Positions 23,744 to 24,129 of a stretch of 24,129 bases of DNA are shown piece after piece. Numbering within the stretch: the first letter of the stretch is position 1; every line of letters starts with the position of its first letter. This stretch comes from a virus (Duplodnaviria; Caudoviricetes): positions 1 to 24,129 of the IMG/VR virus record IMGVR_UViG_3300017722_002106. One strand, written 5' to 3'. The notes beneath the pieces were generated by a model that was not told the DNA's origin, made no database searches, and saw only the letters and a list, made by a program, of their open reading frames with translations. The position numbers and the translations under genes are program-made.

Positions 23744-24117
23744 GTATAACTGAGCCCCTATCCCCCAATATTCGCGGTCTGGCCTACCCTTTGTCAGTTT
23801 CAAACGGAAACCTTGCGGTAAGAACGGACTACGCTTTAGTGACGCAGCAGATTCGCAGCGTACTTGAGACAAGATTTTATGAGCGGGTTATGCGTGCCGA
23901 ATACGGCCTCGGAGACTACGTTCTGGAAGTGCTGGACCCTGGGCAGATCAACTCGGCCATACAACAAGCTATACTGCAAAATGTGGAAAGTTTGTCTGAT
24001 CTGAAAGTTTCCGGCGACTGGAAGACGGCGGGAGACGACGGACTGTACACGGTTTTTATACAATACACCGTGAACAACGTGCCGCAAGCTCCCTTACGCT
24101 TCTCGTTGGCCAACTAA
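23740..24117 (+). CDS. Baseplate wedge protein, GPW/gp25 family
   Basis: GLAYPL...QQIRSVLETRFYERVMRAEYG signature; start revised to ATG 23740. Confidence 0.85.
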   Translation: MSITEPLSPNIRGLAYPLSVSNGNLAVRTDYALVTQQIRSVLETRFYERVMRAEYGLGDYVLEVLDPGQINSAIQQAILQNVESLSDLKVSGDWKTAGDDGLYTVFIQYTVNNVPQAPLRFSLAN

Positions 24118-24125
24118 GGGTAAAA
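24118..24125 (+). promoter_or_regulatory. GGGTAAAA motif, copy 5
   Basis: Immediately after the gp25-like stop codon. Confidence 0.55.
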
Positions 24126-24129
24126 TGAA

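Noticed and set aside
1051-24113. Minus-strand ORFs and alternative-frame plus-strand ORFs in the track
   Set aside because: All overlap better-supported, translationally coupled plus-strand genes and show no recognisable motifs.
1-24129. tRNA or rRNA genes
   Set aside because: Intergenic gaps are short, and none showed a cloverleaf with a T-loop consensus on reading.

Overview
A 24-kb segment of a tailed dsDNA phage genome with a contractile tail (myovirus-type). The host is probably a cyanobacterium; this is inferred from the Pol gamma-type polymerase and the A/C-rich leaders, which mostly lack a Shine-Dalgarno sequence. All credible genes are on the + strand, in four blocks. (1) 1-6.5 kb: tightly coupled small ORFs, including a tandem array of 8-9 paralogous 'LSPxxQAVLDA...LAAALR...AIAxELE' cassettes, most of them between two copies of a 93-bp direct repeat. 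(2) 5.8-10.4 kb: a DNA base-hypermodification module with a DUF1599/Nmad1-like protein, a TET/JBP-family 2OG-Fe(II) dioxygenase, an aGPT-Pplase/amino acid:DNA transferase-like protein and a P-loop kinase, followed by a candidate PD-(D/E)xK nuclease. (3) 10.5-17.9 kb: a GyrA/ParC-type topoisomerase subunit, hypothetical genes and a full-length mitochondrial DNA polymerase gamma-like enzyme. (4) 17.9-24.1 kb: tail genes, including a chaperone with a -1 frameshift, a tail completion protein, a LysM/tail-X-like protein, a 1209-aa sheath with a large insertion and a gp25-like baseplate protein. A GGGTAAAA motif marks five gene boundaries in the right half and a TTACCCGCCCT motif marks three intergenic gaps in the left half. 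The best candidate for a new system is the oxygenase + transferase + kinase (+ nuclease) cluster, which suggests post-replicative pyrimidine hypermodification. All family assignments come from motif recognition by eye; no database search was run.
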